Of a stretch of 64,000 nucleotides of DNA, positions 29,001 to 39,618 are shown in pieces. The notes under the pieces were generated by a model. That model was not told the origin of the DNA, made no database searches, and saw only the letters and a list, made by a program, of their open reading frames with translations. The DNA comes from a virus. The position numbers and the translations under genes are program-made. Within the stretch, counting starts at the first letter, position 1. Every line of letters begins with the position of its first letter. The stretch spans positions 11,022-75,021 of the IMG/VR virus record IMGVR_UViG_3300020477_001468; one strand, given 5' to 3'.

Positions 29001-32000
29001 AAGTATAAGCAGGAACTTGAAGAGTATACAATGTCATTGAATCTTCATCATCTGCTGGTGTAATAGGATCTAATGCTGGAGTACCTTTCTTAACAATAAA
29101 TTCTCTATCTCTTGTTAAAGTAATTTTATCTGTTCTGCCAAGATAGTATCTAATATTTTGAGTAAAAGAACCATCTATATCTGGAACACCACCATCAGCA
29201 CTCACAGAAATTTCAAGTGCTAGGGTATTAGAACTAATATCATTCGTCGTATTAGCTCCAGATGCATTATTAGCATTTGCTCTCACTGGTCTAAAATCTA
29301 ATACATCTCTTAATGGAAATTGTTCACCAGTGACAGGTGATGTATAAGAAGGAATTGTAGAGTAAGAAAACGTATTCTGTACTGTACCAGATGCATTTCT
29401 ATTATATCCTGTTGAAGATGTTATATCCGAAGAATAAGAATCAACACTAAAAAATCCTGGATTAGTATCTGGATCAAAATGATCCACAATAACTAAAATA
29501 CGTCCTGTTGGAGCAGCAGCTCCTGGTTTTAAGATTATGGCACCATGATCATAAAGATTATCTCTTTGACCTGTATCTAAAGTATAATTTGCTGTTATAT
29601 CTTTTGAAGTATTACTAATATCTGCTAATGATGGCCATTGTGCTGTATCTTGAGAATCAACAACTTTTACTAAATGAAAGATATCTGCAATCATTAAATT
29701 ATCTTTAAGGCCAGAAGTTCTATTAGGTGTTTGTATAAAAACTTGACCTTTTGTTGTGACAGTTGTACCTGCTGTAATAGCTGTTGTATTACCTACAATT
29801 AAAGACTTTGATCTTGCACTTGAATTAGCAACTTGAACTGTTGATAAAATTTCAGTTGTAATTGCTCCTGATGTATTACAGTGTATATCTACTGTATCAC
29901 TACCTGCACCTTTAACTTCAATGTTTCTGTTTGTTCCTGTAGCAAAAGATAGTACCTGACCATTTGATATACTTTCACTAGTACCACCTCCATCAGTAAC
30001 TCCAGAAGCACTTTTAACTGTTACAATAAAATTCTCTAATGATTCAGTAGCTGATAAGACTTTTGTTCCAGGCATAAATGATCCACCAGTAGTAGTAGTT
30101 GTAAAACTGATACCACCAATACTATTTGAGGTTTTTTGATCAAATCGTTTATACTGATACGTTACACCATTGGGTAATGTACTAATAGGAGAATAGGGAT
30201 ATGGAAATAATAATAAATTTCTGTTCGTATCAGATACTATAGTATTACCATTTGGATCATTGTTGTATTTTGATAATTCATCTACATCTGCAGACGTTGA
30301 GATATAAACATTTGTTGTTGTACTGCTGATATTGGCTGATTGATCCTCTTTACTGTGAGGAATAATCATTGAATCCATATCAGATAATGTAAATGACAAA
30401 GTAAATGTTGAATTGGATCTAACATTTTGTGTTAAATCTGTATTTGCAGTTGCTGTATGTTCACCACCTATTACTTTATAGTCAGCAATTGTAACAGTAT
30501 CGCTTGAAGTGTTTGAGCCATAAGTTGTATTAACTACAAGTTTTGCTCCAACATATGCATTATTAGCTTGAGACGTTGTTGCAGGAGGTAGTTTTATATC
30601 AGTTTTTGATGTACCTTCTGCACCTGCTACTTCTCCAGTAAGTTTTTTGTCTACGCGAATATCGTATAAACTTGTTGCATAAGTAGAATGAAAATGAGTT
30701 GTATTTGCTGTATCTGAATCTGTCTGCTCCCAATCTATTTGTCGTATTCTAGCAGTACCAATTTTTGTAGCATGATATAAGGTAGTTGCATTCGCAGAAT
30801 TGATTTGAGCATTAACACTAGCAGTGGTAGTACAATGTAAGTCAACTAACTCATGTTTATGTGTTTCAAACAAGCCAGAAAGATTTTTAACATGTACTTT
30901 ATTACCAAAACTAGATGCTAAACTGTAAGCAGAAATAGTCTCTGTTGTTCTTGCTTTATCTATATCTTTATAGGTTGTCGCAATAGTTTCAAATTCAAAA
31001 CCTTTAACATAAGCCTTTCCTGGTTCCAGACCAGCAGATAACTTTGTAGCAGTTCCACCCACATGTTCGACTAATTGCAGACCAAATGGCCTCACAGTAT
31101 AATCACCACTTTCATCAAATGTTCTTCTTGCTAAAGTTTTTTCTATCTCCCCATATAAGGGATATTTGACTTCTTTAGTTTTTTGACCATTCTCAACTCT
31201 TAATAGTTCTATAAAATTTTCATCTGCTACTTGTTCAACATCATCTGTTGCCGTCAGATCTTTAGCTGTTAGCGATAATGTTACTTTTAATCTGTTTGCA
31301 CCAGGTGCTGCATAGTTTGTTGTACCTGCAGCATTATCTAAAATATTAGCATCTCCTGTTGAATCTATAGTAGCTTCTGTAATAGTTAAACCAACTTTCT
31401 TTGTTGGTGTGGCACTATACTTTTCTAAACTAACTGATTCTTTAGGTGATCTGACGAAAAAACCATCAACAAAAAAAGCACCTTCTGATATACTAGCTAT
31501 ACTTCCACCAGCCTGTGCTCCACTTACACCCGATGCTCCAGTTGAACTAACAGAATTTGCACTAACAGAAGAAGATTCTATAGTTGTAACTGTTTCACCA
31601 TCAGAGAAATTATTGGCACCTAACAAATTAAACATCAACGTTGGTTGTTCTGTTGCTGTTGCTTCTTCAACTTTAATAACTTTACCTTGAGCTTTTGAAG
31701 TGCTACCTATAATCAGCTTATCAGCAAAATTCGCAAGGTTAATTGCTGCTCCGGAGAAATTAACTTCTAATTTCAATGATTTGACTTGTGTATCTAAAGT
31801 TAGATCACCACCATAAACTTTACTACCATTTTGAAACATATGCAAACCAGATCTTTCAAGCTGGTATTGTAGTAAAGTTTGTAGCTGTGTTAATTCTCTA
31901 GCTTGTACACCATATCCTGGTCTAAACAAGATACGATAGTAATCATTCGACGGTGCAGCATCATCATAATATGGTGATACATTAAAATTTGTTGTTAGTG

Positions 32001-32004
32001 CCAT
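26026..32004 (-). CDS. Large virion structural protein (VrlC/DUF4815-like)
   Basis: NFNVSPYYDD..YYRILFRPGYGVQARELTQLQ, LARRTFDESGDY, FTMRDIGKLERRI, C-terminal PRIRDLRAIAL. Confidence 0.88.
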   Translation of the reverse strand: MALTTNFNVSPYYDDAAPSNDYYRILFRPGYGVQARELTQLQTLLQYQLERSGLHMFQNGSKVYGGDLTLDTQVKSLKLEVNFSGAAINLANFADKLIIGSTSKAQGKVIKVEEATATEQPTLMFNLLGANNFSDGETVTTIESSSVSANSVSSTGASGVSGAQAGGSIASISEGAFFVDGFFVRSPKESVSLEKYSATPTKKVGLTITEATIDSTGDANILDNAAGTTNYAAPGANRLKVTLSLTAKDLTATDDVEQVADENFIELLRVENGQKTKEVKYPLYGEIEKTLARRTFDESGDYTVRPFGLQLVEHVGGTATKLSAGLEPGKAYVKGFEFETIATTYKDIDKARTTETISAYSLASSFGNKVHVKNLSGLFETHKHELVDLHCTTTASVNAQINSANATTLYHATKIGTARIRQIDWEQTDSDTANTTHFHSTYATSLYDIRVDKKLTGEVAGAEGTSKTDIKLPPATTSQANNAYVGAKLVVNTTYGSNTSSDTVTIADYKVIGGEHTATANTDLTQNVRSNSTFTLSFTLSDMDSMIIPHSKEDQSANISSTTTNVYISTSADVDELSKYNNDPNGNTIVSDTNRNLLLFPYPYSPISTLPNGVTYQYKRFDQKTSNSIGGISFTTTTTGGSFMPGTKVLSATESLENFIVTVKSASGVTDGGGTSESISNGQVLSFATGTNRNIEVKGAGSDTVDIHCNTSGAITTEILSTVQVANSSARSKSLIVGNTTAITAGTTVTTKGQVFIQTPNRTSGLKDNLMIADIFHLVKVVDSQDTAQWPSLADISNTSKDITANYTLDTGQRDNLYDHGAIILKPGAAAPTGRILVIVDHFDPDTNPGFFSVDSYSSDITSSTGYNRNASGTVQNTFSYSTIPSYTSPVTGEQFPLRDVLDFRPVRANANNASGANTTNDISSNTLALEISVSADGGVPDIDGSFTQNIRYYLGRTDKITLTRDREFIVKKGTPALDPITPADDEDSMTLYTLQVPAYTFNVSDVQTKYIDNRRFTMRDIGKLERRIENLEYYTSLTLLEKETAARDVTGSGITDSLFNPTGSRFKNGILVDGFKGHSVGDVSSPDYKASIDFDAQELRPSFNSDNYRFYYNSSNSSSVTLTGNVVTLPYTSNVMIKQPLSSNSYIEVNPFNFVSHIGNVVLDPSSDTWFDTVTRADVLVNLEGINDAWQFGDAENGHGSQWADWSKIWSGEQINTDPSLSIKDLGNTSENRKRAKLSSQVFTRTGIKTSNMPEAIKRTVGNKIVDVSIIPFTRAQTINYVATGMKPSQNVYLYFDGTAANTTPASVLTVTAIANTETHFVKGETVTQGANTGVVLLVSKTTSSNTATMHIRTLSTSGAEASSFSTGTLIGATSGITATISSRTTPTNTTRANTNLAGETAGSITIPAGTFRSGERLVRLMDVSTHTLSSATTVAEVRYPVQGTLATGEANIIGTRLPISRRDELKSEKVNFDQSRRDSKTSNYMNPFSQTFFVDKAQNPQGVFVNSVDVFFRQKATANTSTVQAPITLQVRPIRNNLPSTNLIVPFGEKTLRPEEVNAQSANVPSTSNTSHITTFTFDSPVYLPPDEYALTFVTNSSEYQIYTAKNGELSTGTSRRIATQPNVGVLYEAQNQTVPIPDPERSITFRVNRCDFTTGSTGTAVLSSNATPLSGNTANVHADVIKINSSHLEFSNTTQTFSYRGTNTAGATTATYSNIDLDQTTYLSSRLMFQAATASEMYVKASIASTDSKVSPYIDIDRMNVITVENDIDNGGLSNSDFYITDGGQNYNTLTTAIVSGGGTSNVATITVQNNSSGVITGVTVTSAGSGYISTPTVSVANSSVANGTSGAIVCIGETGNEGGNLNAKYLTRKVTLEDGFDASDIKVILNAYKPRTSEIYVYAKVISGDDAETLDDKNFFLLTQETSSSLYSLNTNDVKEYIFKTLNDVVNYTTDGITYDRFKSFIIKVGMLSTDNCDPPRIRDLRAIALDE

Positions 32005-32015
32005 TTTGTCTCAGA

Positions 32016-33683
32016 CTAAAAATTAATAATTAGTTTAACATCTTCTATTTGATCACTTGCTCTTGCAATCGGTGATCTGTTTTCTACATAAAGTATTTCA
32101 CCTGAAAAAGGTTTAAATGCACCAGCAGAAATCGATGTTGAATTAGCTGTTGGATCAGAACCTGAAACTGTTAATGCTTCATTTGTTTGAAATGATCCAG
32201 GTAATCCATCATACCCATTAGTCGTATTTCCACCATGTGTCACCGAAACAAGTCTTAACTTTTTGGTTGCATGAGTCCAGTCTACAACTCTTCCTGTTGC
32301 ACCTGATTTCGCACCAGTTACCAATTCATCTGCAACATATGTTCCAGCTGTATTTGAATAAGACTGACATGTAATTGTAACAGCCTGATCTGCTGTAGTA
32401 GCTGTTGCAACAGCACCTGCAGAAGTAAGTGGCTGAGCTACTAAACCAATTTTACGGAAGTCATTAGATACTGAAAAAGCACCTGACTCTGTATTTTCTA
32501 ATCTAGTATTAATCATTACATTAAATCCACCTAATTCTTCAACAGCATCATATCCATGGCCCATATATGGCTCAATAATAGCTGTACCTGTGGCACCTGA
32601 ACCATGTGAACTATTTGCAGTAACTGTAACAACTGCGTTAGAATAACTGTTTCCAGCATTGATTACAGTATAACCAGTAACTTGAGCACTATTAGAACCA
32701 GTGGCTCTTACATTAGCTGCTTGACCGTCACCTGTAATAGCAACTTTTGGAGCAATAACAAATGCATCTCCATTAGCAGGAGCAGAGCCAATTGCAGCAC
32801 CAATTGTAACAGTTTTAGTTGATCCAACATAGTTTGTGATCGTACCACCCATGCCAGAAGCATTTCCTGCTGTAAAATAAATATCAGATCCAACATAGAT
32901 ATCATCCGTACCACTTGCACCAGAATGTAAAATGAAAGTAGTAGTATTATGAGAACCTGTACCTAAACTGTTAGACTCAAAAATATAACTTGAGCCAGTT
33001 GCCAGTTTATTAACAATATTCACTTGACCAGAAATTGCAGCCACTTCAACTGCTCTTTGATTCTCATTCTCTTGAGTCGCTGTTGGCATTCCTGTTGTAC
33101 TTGTCTTACCAAAAGCATTCGCATGTCTTATCTGTTGGGCAGGTATGTATGACGTTGTAGCAAATTTTAATGCTTTTGCTGCAGAAACTGTATACATAAA
33201 CTTCCACTTATATCCATCAGATCCTGGTGTAATAATTGCAGTACCAGTACCAGATGGTTTATCAGTACTTGCACCAGAACCATTTGCAAGACATTTGTAT
33301 ACATTATATTCATCTGTCATTACATGAAATGCTTGTGAATACAAATCGTTGTTTGCATGTGTGTATGCAAAATATTTTGTTCCGGATGTCCAATCATTTC
33401 TTGTAACACAATGTGTTACATCCGCCGCAGTAATTTTCTTAGCAGCAATCATATCACGCCAATTTTCGTAATATGAATTAGCTATTGAATCTGTTGGCGT
33501 AGGTGGATTATTATCATCCGCAAAAGCACTAATACCTCCGATAAAGACATACATGTTAGTTTCTAACGATGTATCTCCAGCTGAAGTATTAGCAAAAGTA
33601 GTAAATCCTGCGTCTTCATCAAATGCTTCAACAAATTGTTTTGCATTATGAAGCCGGAATTTTTTTGAAACTAAGGCAGGCAT
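32016..33683 (-). CDS. gp8: Baseplate wedge subunit gp8
   Basis: FRLHNAKQF, VYKCL.N, DGYKWKFMY, SGEILYVENR.PI.R..DQIEDVKLIINF. Confidence 0.9.
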   Translation of the reverse strand: MPALVSKKFRLHNAKQFVEAFDEDAGFTTFANTSAGDTSLETNMYVFIGGISAFADDNNPPTPTDSIANSYYENWRDMIAAKKITAADVTHCVTRNDWTSGTKYFAYTHANNDLYSQAFHVMTDEYNVYKCLANGSGASTDKPSGTGTAIITPGSDGYKWKFMYTVSAAKALKFATTSYIPAQQIRHANAFGKTSTTGMPTATQENENQRAVEVAAISGQVNIVNKLATGSSYIFESNSLGTGSHNTTTFILHSGASGTDDIYVGSDIYFTAGNASGMGGTITNYVGSTKTVTIGAAIGSAPANGDAFVIAPKVAITGDGQAANVRATGSNSAQVTGYTVINAGNSYSNAVVTVTANSSHGSGATGTAIIEPYMGHGYDAVEELGGFNVMINTRLENTESGAFSVSNDFRKIGLVAQPLTSAGAVATATTADQAVTITCQSYSNTAGTYVADELVTGAKSGATGRVVDWTHATKKLRLVSVTHGGNTTNGYDGLPGSFQTNEALTVSGSDPTANSTSISAGAFKPFSGEILYVENRSPIARASDQIEDVKLIINF

Positions 33684-33690
33684 ATTAAAT

Positions 33691-33715
33691 TCTCCTATTA
33701 TTTTTTATTATTTAT
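33691..33715 (-). promoter_or_regulatory. Late promoter motif plus RBS for gp8
   Basis: ATAAATA at 33709-33715 on -, AGGAGA at 33691-33696. Confidence 0.6.
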
Positions 33716-36700
33716 GGTTTATCCCTTAACGCAAATGCTTCCGTGTTGAAGTCATTCAATCCGACTGGTAAGTATACTGAATGATTACATCCAGATACGG
33801 TAAACGTTGTTGTATTAGTACTCTGTACTCTATATTTAGCTTCTTCTTTCCAGTGGAATTTAATTGGCAGACCGTCAAAATCATGAGTTGCTGTTTCAAA
33901 CAATATCATGTCATTTTCAGTAAGTAAATTACCTAAGGTAGATTCGTTACCATTATATGATCCATCACCATACGGTACACCATCTTCCAATAAAAAGTTG
34001 TCTCCTGCATCCGCAGAACCATTAGTACTATCTATTACCATATTATCATCTTCAGCTACTAAGCGTATATCAGATAAGAAAATCTCATCCCCTACAACTG
34101 ATTGCGGAATAAATGTTGGTCCTGTTACATGAGATAACAAAAGAGCAGCATAATGTGATAAAGTTAGGTCTGTCATAGTTGCTGTAGGACTAAAAGTATC
34201 TAAAAAATCTTGAATCGTTGGCACAGTTCGTATTACAGTTGCATTTGCTTCTGTAAAAGATGCTACACCATACGGACGCCATACACTTGTAACAAAGTTG
34301 TCCGTAACAGCGTGTGTAACATTAAATGTGGTTTCTATTTCTTCTTCAAGTGTTTCTGTAGAACCACCTACTAAAGCAGCACTTAGTACTGGTTCGTGCT
34401 CAATTTCAGATTGATTAGTTAATGTATTTTGTACATCTATAGGATTATCATCCCATTCTATTATCCTGTTTATATATTCTAATTTTTGTATTAAGGTACT
34501 TGCAGGATTAACTACAGGAAAGAAAGGTATTACATGTTCGCTACTGGTTGCTATTGTTGTATCTAATGCTGTTGGTATTATTTCAAGTTCAGGTTCATAA
34601 TCTACTGCAGTATCTGGTAAATCTATAGTATTAAATTCTGTAAATTTTATTACATATTCTGGTGTTTGTATTAAATCACTCGCAGGATTAATTGCTGCTT
34701 GCGTTTCAGTAAAATTAATATGTAATTCAGTTAAATTAGCATTAGCATCTAAGTAATTCATATTTAATGGAGTAGGTTCTAATACTAAACCACTTACGCT
34801 CGGAGCTTTGTCTAATTCCAAAGCCATTGTTGAACGTATTGCTATTTCTCCAAAAAGGGCCCAACCTGCTGGATGTAAAAATGCTTTAACATTATCTCTA
34901 AAATCTGTAATTGGTACATTTGTTTTTAAGACATAAGAATAATCTTGATAATAATATGAATCCTGTATTTTATCTTTACCAGATATCAAACTATCCTCAT
35001 TTGCATATTCACCAGGATTAGTAGCAAGTGCACCAATTGTTGCTCTTAAATCAGCATTGTTATCTCCTGATGGAGCAGAAACAGTTGGAACAGACGTAAA
35101 ACCTATACCAAAGTCAGCTATCGTAATAGATGTTATTGAACCTATAGCTAAGTTACCTGATGTTACTACAGCATTATTTCCTCTCATTGAATTGTCTACT
35201 GAAACAACATTTGTAGAAGCAGCAGTTGAATTTGCTGTTGTTGTTAACTGTAGAACAGGTTCATCAGGAAGAAAAGGAACAGACTCCATTCTAAACTGTC
35301 CCATCGTTGAACTTGTTCCACTATAAGAACCATGAGTTGGATCATACCCATCTTCTAAGAGAATATTATCACCAGCATCTGCAGTTCCATTTGTACTATC
35401 TAAAACAAGTAACGTAGCAACCGATCTTATTCTAATAGTAGAAAATGTTGAGTTGCTTTTATTTGTAATAAAAGGATCTAAAATTTCACCTGCAGCCCCA
35501 CTTGTTTGTCCTTGAATTGTTTTACCATGAGAAAATAAAAATTGTACATTAGCAGCAAGATTTAAGAATTTGGATCTTGGTCCTAATGTACCATCGTCAT
35601 TATTAAATGCTGTTATAGTGTTTTGTGAAGCAGTAATATCAGGTGCAGTTTTATAACCAGTTCCCACTGCTGTAACAATAGATGTCTTTAAAGAACCAAA
35701 AGCAGTTTCAGTTAATTCAAGACTTCCAAAATACTGAGTAGCACTAACAGGAATTACACCAGCAACAGTTGTGCTTGTACTTGAAACAGCATCACCATTT
35801 GCATAATAAGCTGAAATAGGAGTACCATTATCTCCATTAAAAAAATTAGGTTGAAATTCATCTTTTAGTGCATAAATGATGGATGTACCATCTGGAGCAG
35901 AAATTACTGTTCCAACAATATTATTTGCAGTATCACACACAAACATTCCTGGTCCATAATTTGCAGAACTACCAACCGTCATGTCAAATGTAGTAGTTGT
36001 ATTAGAATAAAGATGTGTATTTACATTATGTCCACCTAATAATCCAGTATAATCAGCTGCATTAAGTGCTATAGAAGCAAATGGAGTTATAGCTATACCA
36101 GCACCAAATCTTCGAGCAGTACCCGACTGATGCATAGATGTTGCTTTTCCAGCAGCACCAGTACCTGATTCACTAAAATATGTAAATACTTCTGTACCAA
36201 GATAACCATCTCCACCATCGGCTATATCAATTTCATTTACAGCACCTTGTGCTATTGAATTGATTGAAGCAGTTGCATCAATTCCACCTCCACCAGCAAT
36301 TGTTAAGGAATCACCAACTTCATAACTTGTTCCACCAGAAACTATTGAAATGTTGTCGATCTGTGACATTAATCGACCTGAAGCAACTATGTCTGTATCA
36401 TTCGATGTCTCAATATATTCACCAGGTGAAAAAGTACCCTTAATGTCTGATAATACCAATCTTGTTAAATGATATGGAGCTTTTATAAGTGAACTTTGTG
36501 ACTGCACAACAGCAGAAGCTTCTGATGTTGTACCAGTTATAGTTTTTCCACCAAAATATAATTCATTTTCAGCTGTAGTATTATCAACAAAAATAACTTT
36601 ATCAACAGCCCAATTGGCATCAGATACTTTAAAAAGATATTCTTTAGGATATGTAAATTCTAATTGATTATCATCATAAAGTGCTCTCCACAACCACCTA

Positions 36701-37359
36701 TAGGAATCCTCACTACCTCTCGACCTATAAATTTTATCAGCAATTGAGATTAATTTACGTAAATCAGTTTTTGCAGTTCGAGGAAGGTGAGGGGCATATT
36801 CTTTTCTAAACAACTCTAAAAATTCATCTGTGGTAGACATGATATCAGTGATATCTTCTAAGCTCCTACCTAGCTGTAAAACACCTTTATCCTGTACTTC
36901 AACTAATGTGGCTTGTGTTCTATTTGCTGATCCAGTAAATGTTTCACCTTTAACAAATTGACCAAAAATAGGTTTTACATATAAATGATGAGGAGTGATA
37001 GCAGCATGACCACCAGCTAATTGTCCATATGGTTGTGTTCCTACAAGCAGTCCTATTGCAGCAGATGTGCCACCTGTTATCGTTTCACCTACTATAAAAG
37101 CATCTCTGTCAACATCTCTAATTGAATCAAAAATTATTGAGCCGGTTCCTGTTGCTTCTTCTAATTCAATACCTTCAAACCCAGCTTCATTTTCTAGGAG
37201 TGGTTGATATTCATTTAAAACTAAATCTGAAAAATGGAAGTGTTGGGCTTCTAGGTATTCATAATATTTTTCTAAAAAAACGTATAACCTAGAATTGTCA
37301 TCAACAAAAAACTCAGGTAATTGAGTTCTAATTAAGGAACTTGTTAACTCTTTTGCCAC
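33712..37359 (-). CDS. gp7: Baseplate wedge initiator, gp7-like
   Basis: QLPEF..FLEKYYEYLE, YRSRGSEDS, IQDSYYYQDYSYVLK...HPAG; lies between gp6 and gp8. Confidence 0.8.
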   Translation of the reverse strand: MAKELTSSLIRTQLPEFFVDDNSRLYVFLEKYYEYLEAQHFHFSDLVLNEYQPLLENEAGFEGIELEEATGTGSIIFDSIRDVDRDAFIVGETITGGTSAAIGLLVGTQPYGQLAGGHAAITPHHLYVKPIFGQFVKGETFTGSANRTQATLVEVQDKGVLQLGRSLEDITDIMSTTDEFLELFRKEYAPHLPRTAKTDLRKLISIADKIYRSRGSEDSYRWLWRALYDDNQLEFTYPKEYLFKVSDANWAVDKVIFVDNTTAENELYFGGKTITGTTSEASAVVQSQSSLIKAPYHLTRLVLSDIKGTFSPGEYIETSNDTDIVASGRLMSQIDNISIVSGGTSYEVGDSLTIAGGGGIDATASINSIAQGAVNEIDIADGGDGYLGTEVFTYFSESGTGAAGKATSMHQSGTARRFGAGIAITPFASIALNAADYTGLLGGHNVNTHLYSNTTTTFDMTVGSSANYGPGMFVCDTANNIVGTVISAPDGTSIIYALKDEFQPNFFNGDNGTPISAYYANGDAVSSTSTTVAGVIPVSATQYFGSLELTETAFGSLKTSIVTAVGTGYKTAPDITASQNTITAFNNDDGTLGPRSKFLNLAANVQFLFSHGKTIQGQTSGAAGEILDPFITNKSNSTFSTIRIRSVATLLVLDSTNGTADAGDNILLEDGYDPTHGSYSGTSSTMGQFRMESVPFLPDEPVLQLTTTANSTAASTNVVSVDNSMRGNNAVVTSGNLAIGSITSITIADFGIGFTSVPTVSAPSGDNNADLRATIGALATNPGEYANEDSLISGKDKIQDSYYYQDYSYVLKTNVPITDFRDNVKAFLHPAGWALFGEIAIRSTMALELDKAPSVSGLVLEPTPLNMNYLDANANLTELHINFTETQAAINPASDLIQTPEYVIKFTEFNTIDLPDTAVDYEPELEIIPTALDTTIATSSEHVIPFFPVVNPASTLIQKLEYINRIIEWDDNPIDVQNTLTNQSEIEHEPVLSAALVGGSTETLEEEIETTFNVTHAVTDNFVTSVWRPYGVASFTEANATVIRTVPTIQDFLDTFSPTATMTDLTLSHYAALLLSHVTGPTFIPQSVVGDEIFLSDIRLVAEDDNMVIDSTNGSADAGDNFLLEDGVPYGDGSYNGNESTLGNLLTENDMILFETATHDFDGLPIKFHWKEEAKYRVQSTNTTTFTVSGCNHSVYLPVGLNDFNTEAFALRDKP

Positions 37360-37360
37360 A

Positions 37361-39193
37361 CTAATAACCTATTGAACTTGATGTTGTCACAGATCCAGTT
37401 GCATCTGTATTATCAGCTATGGCTGAAGTAGTAACATCTTCTGTGTTTATAACTAAAATTTGTTCGCGCACTGGTGTAATATCATTGGATGCAGAAGTTA
37501 TTGTAATGTTTAATGTATTCCCTGAAATAGCAGGAGGTGCAAATGAAACAAGATTAACTAAACCAGATGAATAACTAACTGTACCAATATTATTAGCAAC
37601 AACAACTTTTGATCCACTCACAGTTTTTACTACACGCAAAACACTGTTCTCATCATCTAAAGAACAATCGCTTTGAATGGTACCAAGACCATCATCATAA
37701 GTAAAGGTTGTTGAAACAATAGAACCTACATAAGTATCATTTGGATGATATATTTCATTAGAAAATTTAATTCCATAATTTGTAGCAACACCAGCTTCAA
37801 TCTCTATTTTCTTTGTAAGAGTTATTGTTGTTAAGTTTCCTAAAATAGAAGGATCGACATTATCAATAGCTGTTGTTAATTTTGAATATCTAAATCTTAA
37901 ATCAAAATTATTAAGTTCAGTTGCACCATAATTAACAATCGCTGATTTAACATTGTCAGCGATAACAGCAGCAGAGTTCTGTGATACTAAACTATCATAT
38001 TTGATTGAACTATTAATATTTAAGTAGATGTAATCTGGAGCTATTACTTCTGGAGTAACAGTTACAATTTTTCTGCTTGCTAATACAGTCCTTACTGCAT
38101 CTTTTGCAGCTGCAGTTAAAATTAATCCTGATTTTGGTTTAACAGCTATAAAAACTTTACCATAAACTGGTGGATCATTATCTTCTCCACCCCATGTTGT
38201 AATTGATTGAGCATCACTATACTCAGATGTAACAATTCGCTTATAATCATTTACAGTAACAGCTCTATTTTGAGTTTCATAATTTTTAGGTGCATTAAAT
38301 TTAACTGAATCTATAGATTCTCTATCCGCACCACCAAAACCAGTCGTTACAGTTGCAACTGTCACATTACTATAACCACCAACAGTACCTGCTAAACTAA
38401 ATTCAGAAGCACCATTTGTTACAGTTCCTTCACAAACTAAAGCATCCAGAATAACAATGTTTCCAGATGCGATTTTTCGACCTAAAACACCATCTCCAAA
38501 AGACACTTCATATTTACCATCTGTGCCCTCATTTAGATAGTATACATTTGATGTAGAATTTACTGTTGTAACATCTGAGATTTTATTATATACATAGGTA
38601 TTGGATTCGTCGACAGAATTTTTTAATTTTACTGTTAAAGTACTTGTATCAGTATTAGAATTAGGTAATATAAATTTTTGATCTGGATTTAATGTATTTG
38701 CTGTATACGTATGTGTTAAAGCAACACCTTGTTTTAAAGTTATACCATTAGCAAAAAATTGATTATTACTATTTTTTGCAACAGTTGTGGATTCTGTTGT
38801 ATTAAAAGTATATGATATATTATTCACTACAGATGTAAAATCTGTATTTTTATCAACAGTTATTGTAGCCGGTTCACCTGTAGGAAAAATTTGTAAGTCA
38901 ACTACAGCACTAGTGCCTGTTACAGAACGTGGTGTATATCCAAGAGCTTTCGCTCGAGATACTACACTTGATCTTAATAAAGCACTATCTAAAAACATTT
39001 CATTTGCTAACATATTCAAATAAAATGCATTATAGTGTGTATTATATGCTAATATGTCCAACAATACACTTATTGATGAACCATCGAAATCATAATCAGC
39101 AAATTCAGTTTGACTTCGCATGTAGGTTTTTAGATTTTGTTTTATACTATTAAAATCTAATTCTGAAATTTTTAAAGTGCTACTTGAGGCCAT
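37361..39193 (-). CDS. gp6: Baseplate wedge subunit gp6
   Basis: LDFNSIK.NLK, DYDFDGS, LAYNTHYNA, FGDGVLG, QNRAVT..DY. Confidence 0.95.
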   Translation of the reverse strand: MASSSTLKISELDFNSIKQNLKTYMRSQTEFADYDFDGSSISVLLDILAYNTHYNAFYLNMLANEMFLDSALLRSSVVSRAKALGYTPRSVTGTSAVVDLQIFPTGEPATITVDKNTDFTSVVNNISYTFNTTESTTVAKNSNNQFFANGITLKQGVALTHTYTANTLNPDQKFILPNSNTDTSTLTVKLKNSVDESNTYVYNKISDVTTVNSTSNVYYLNEGTDGKYEVSFGDGVLGRKIASGNIVILDALVCEGTVTNGASEFSLAGTVGGYSNVTVATVTTGFGGADRESIDSVKFNAPKNYETQNRAVTVNDYKRIVTSEYSDAQSITTWGGEDNDPPVYGKVFIAVKPKSGLILTAAAKDAVRTVLASRKIVTVTPEVIAPDYIYLNINSSIKYDSLVSQNSAAVIADNVKSAIVNYGATELNNFDLRFRYSKLTTAIDNVDPSILGNLTTITLTKKIEIEAGVATNYGIKFSNEIYHPNDTYVGSIVSTTFTYDDGLGTIQSDCSLDDENSVLRVVKTVSGSKVVVANNIGTVSYSSGLVNLVSFAPPAISGNTLNITITSASNDITPVREQILVINTEDVTTSAIADNTDATGSVTTSSSIGY

Positions 39194-39195
39194 TA

Positions 39196-39579
39196 CTATC
39201 TAATCCTTGTCAAAAATGTTTCGAAAAAAGATGGTTCAATTTGGTCTATAACAAAAAATTTAATCTGAACTCTATATTCATTATTGTCTGGAATGGGTTC
39301 CACAGCAACTTCATACGACTGTGCTCTAGGTTCCATTGAAGCTAAAGTTATTTGAATACTTTTTGTCATTCTATGAGCAGTTATTTGTGATATTGGTTCA
39401 AAAAGAAATTGTCTTAAATTTGATCCGAGATGTGGTTGCATCACTCTATCATATGTATTCGTTTTTAAAATATTACTAATTGACGATTTTACAGCCTCCG
39501 CACCTGTCACTGTACTTATATCTTTAGTGATCGGATTTGCTGAAAAATCGTTACTTATATCTGCATACTGCTCTGCCAT
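39196..39579 (-). CDS. gp25: Baseplate wedge subunit gp25
   Basis: AVKSSI.NIL.T...R...P.LGS.L..FLFEP, EPR. Confidence 0.9.
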   Translation of the reverse strand: MAEQYADISNDFSANPITKDISTVTGAEAVKSSISNILKTNTYDRVMQPHLGSNLRQFLFEPISQITAHRMTKSIQITLASMEPRAQSYEVAVEPIPDNNEYRVQIKFFVIDQIEPSFFETFLTRIR

Positions 39580-39594
39580 ATTATTCTCCTACCT

Positions 39595-39602
39595 TATTTA
39601 TA
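39595..39602 (-). promoter_or_regulatory. T4 late promoter TATAAATA
   Basis: Exact consensus upstream of the AGGAGA RBS and gp25. Confidence 0.8.
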
Positions 39603-39618
39603 CTAATTACTACTTGTC

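Noticed and set aside
32016-33683. General enrichment of canonical N-x-S/T sequons in virion proteins
   Set aside because: A hand count in gp8 (about 8 of about 38 Asn) is roughly what its Ser/Thr content predicts; only the [AS]-N-[ST] pattern was retained
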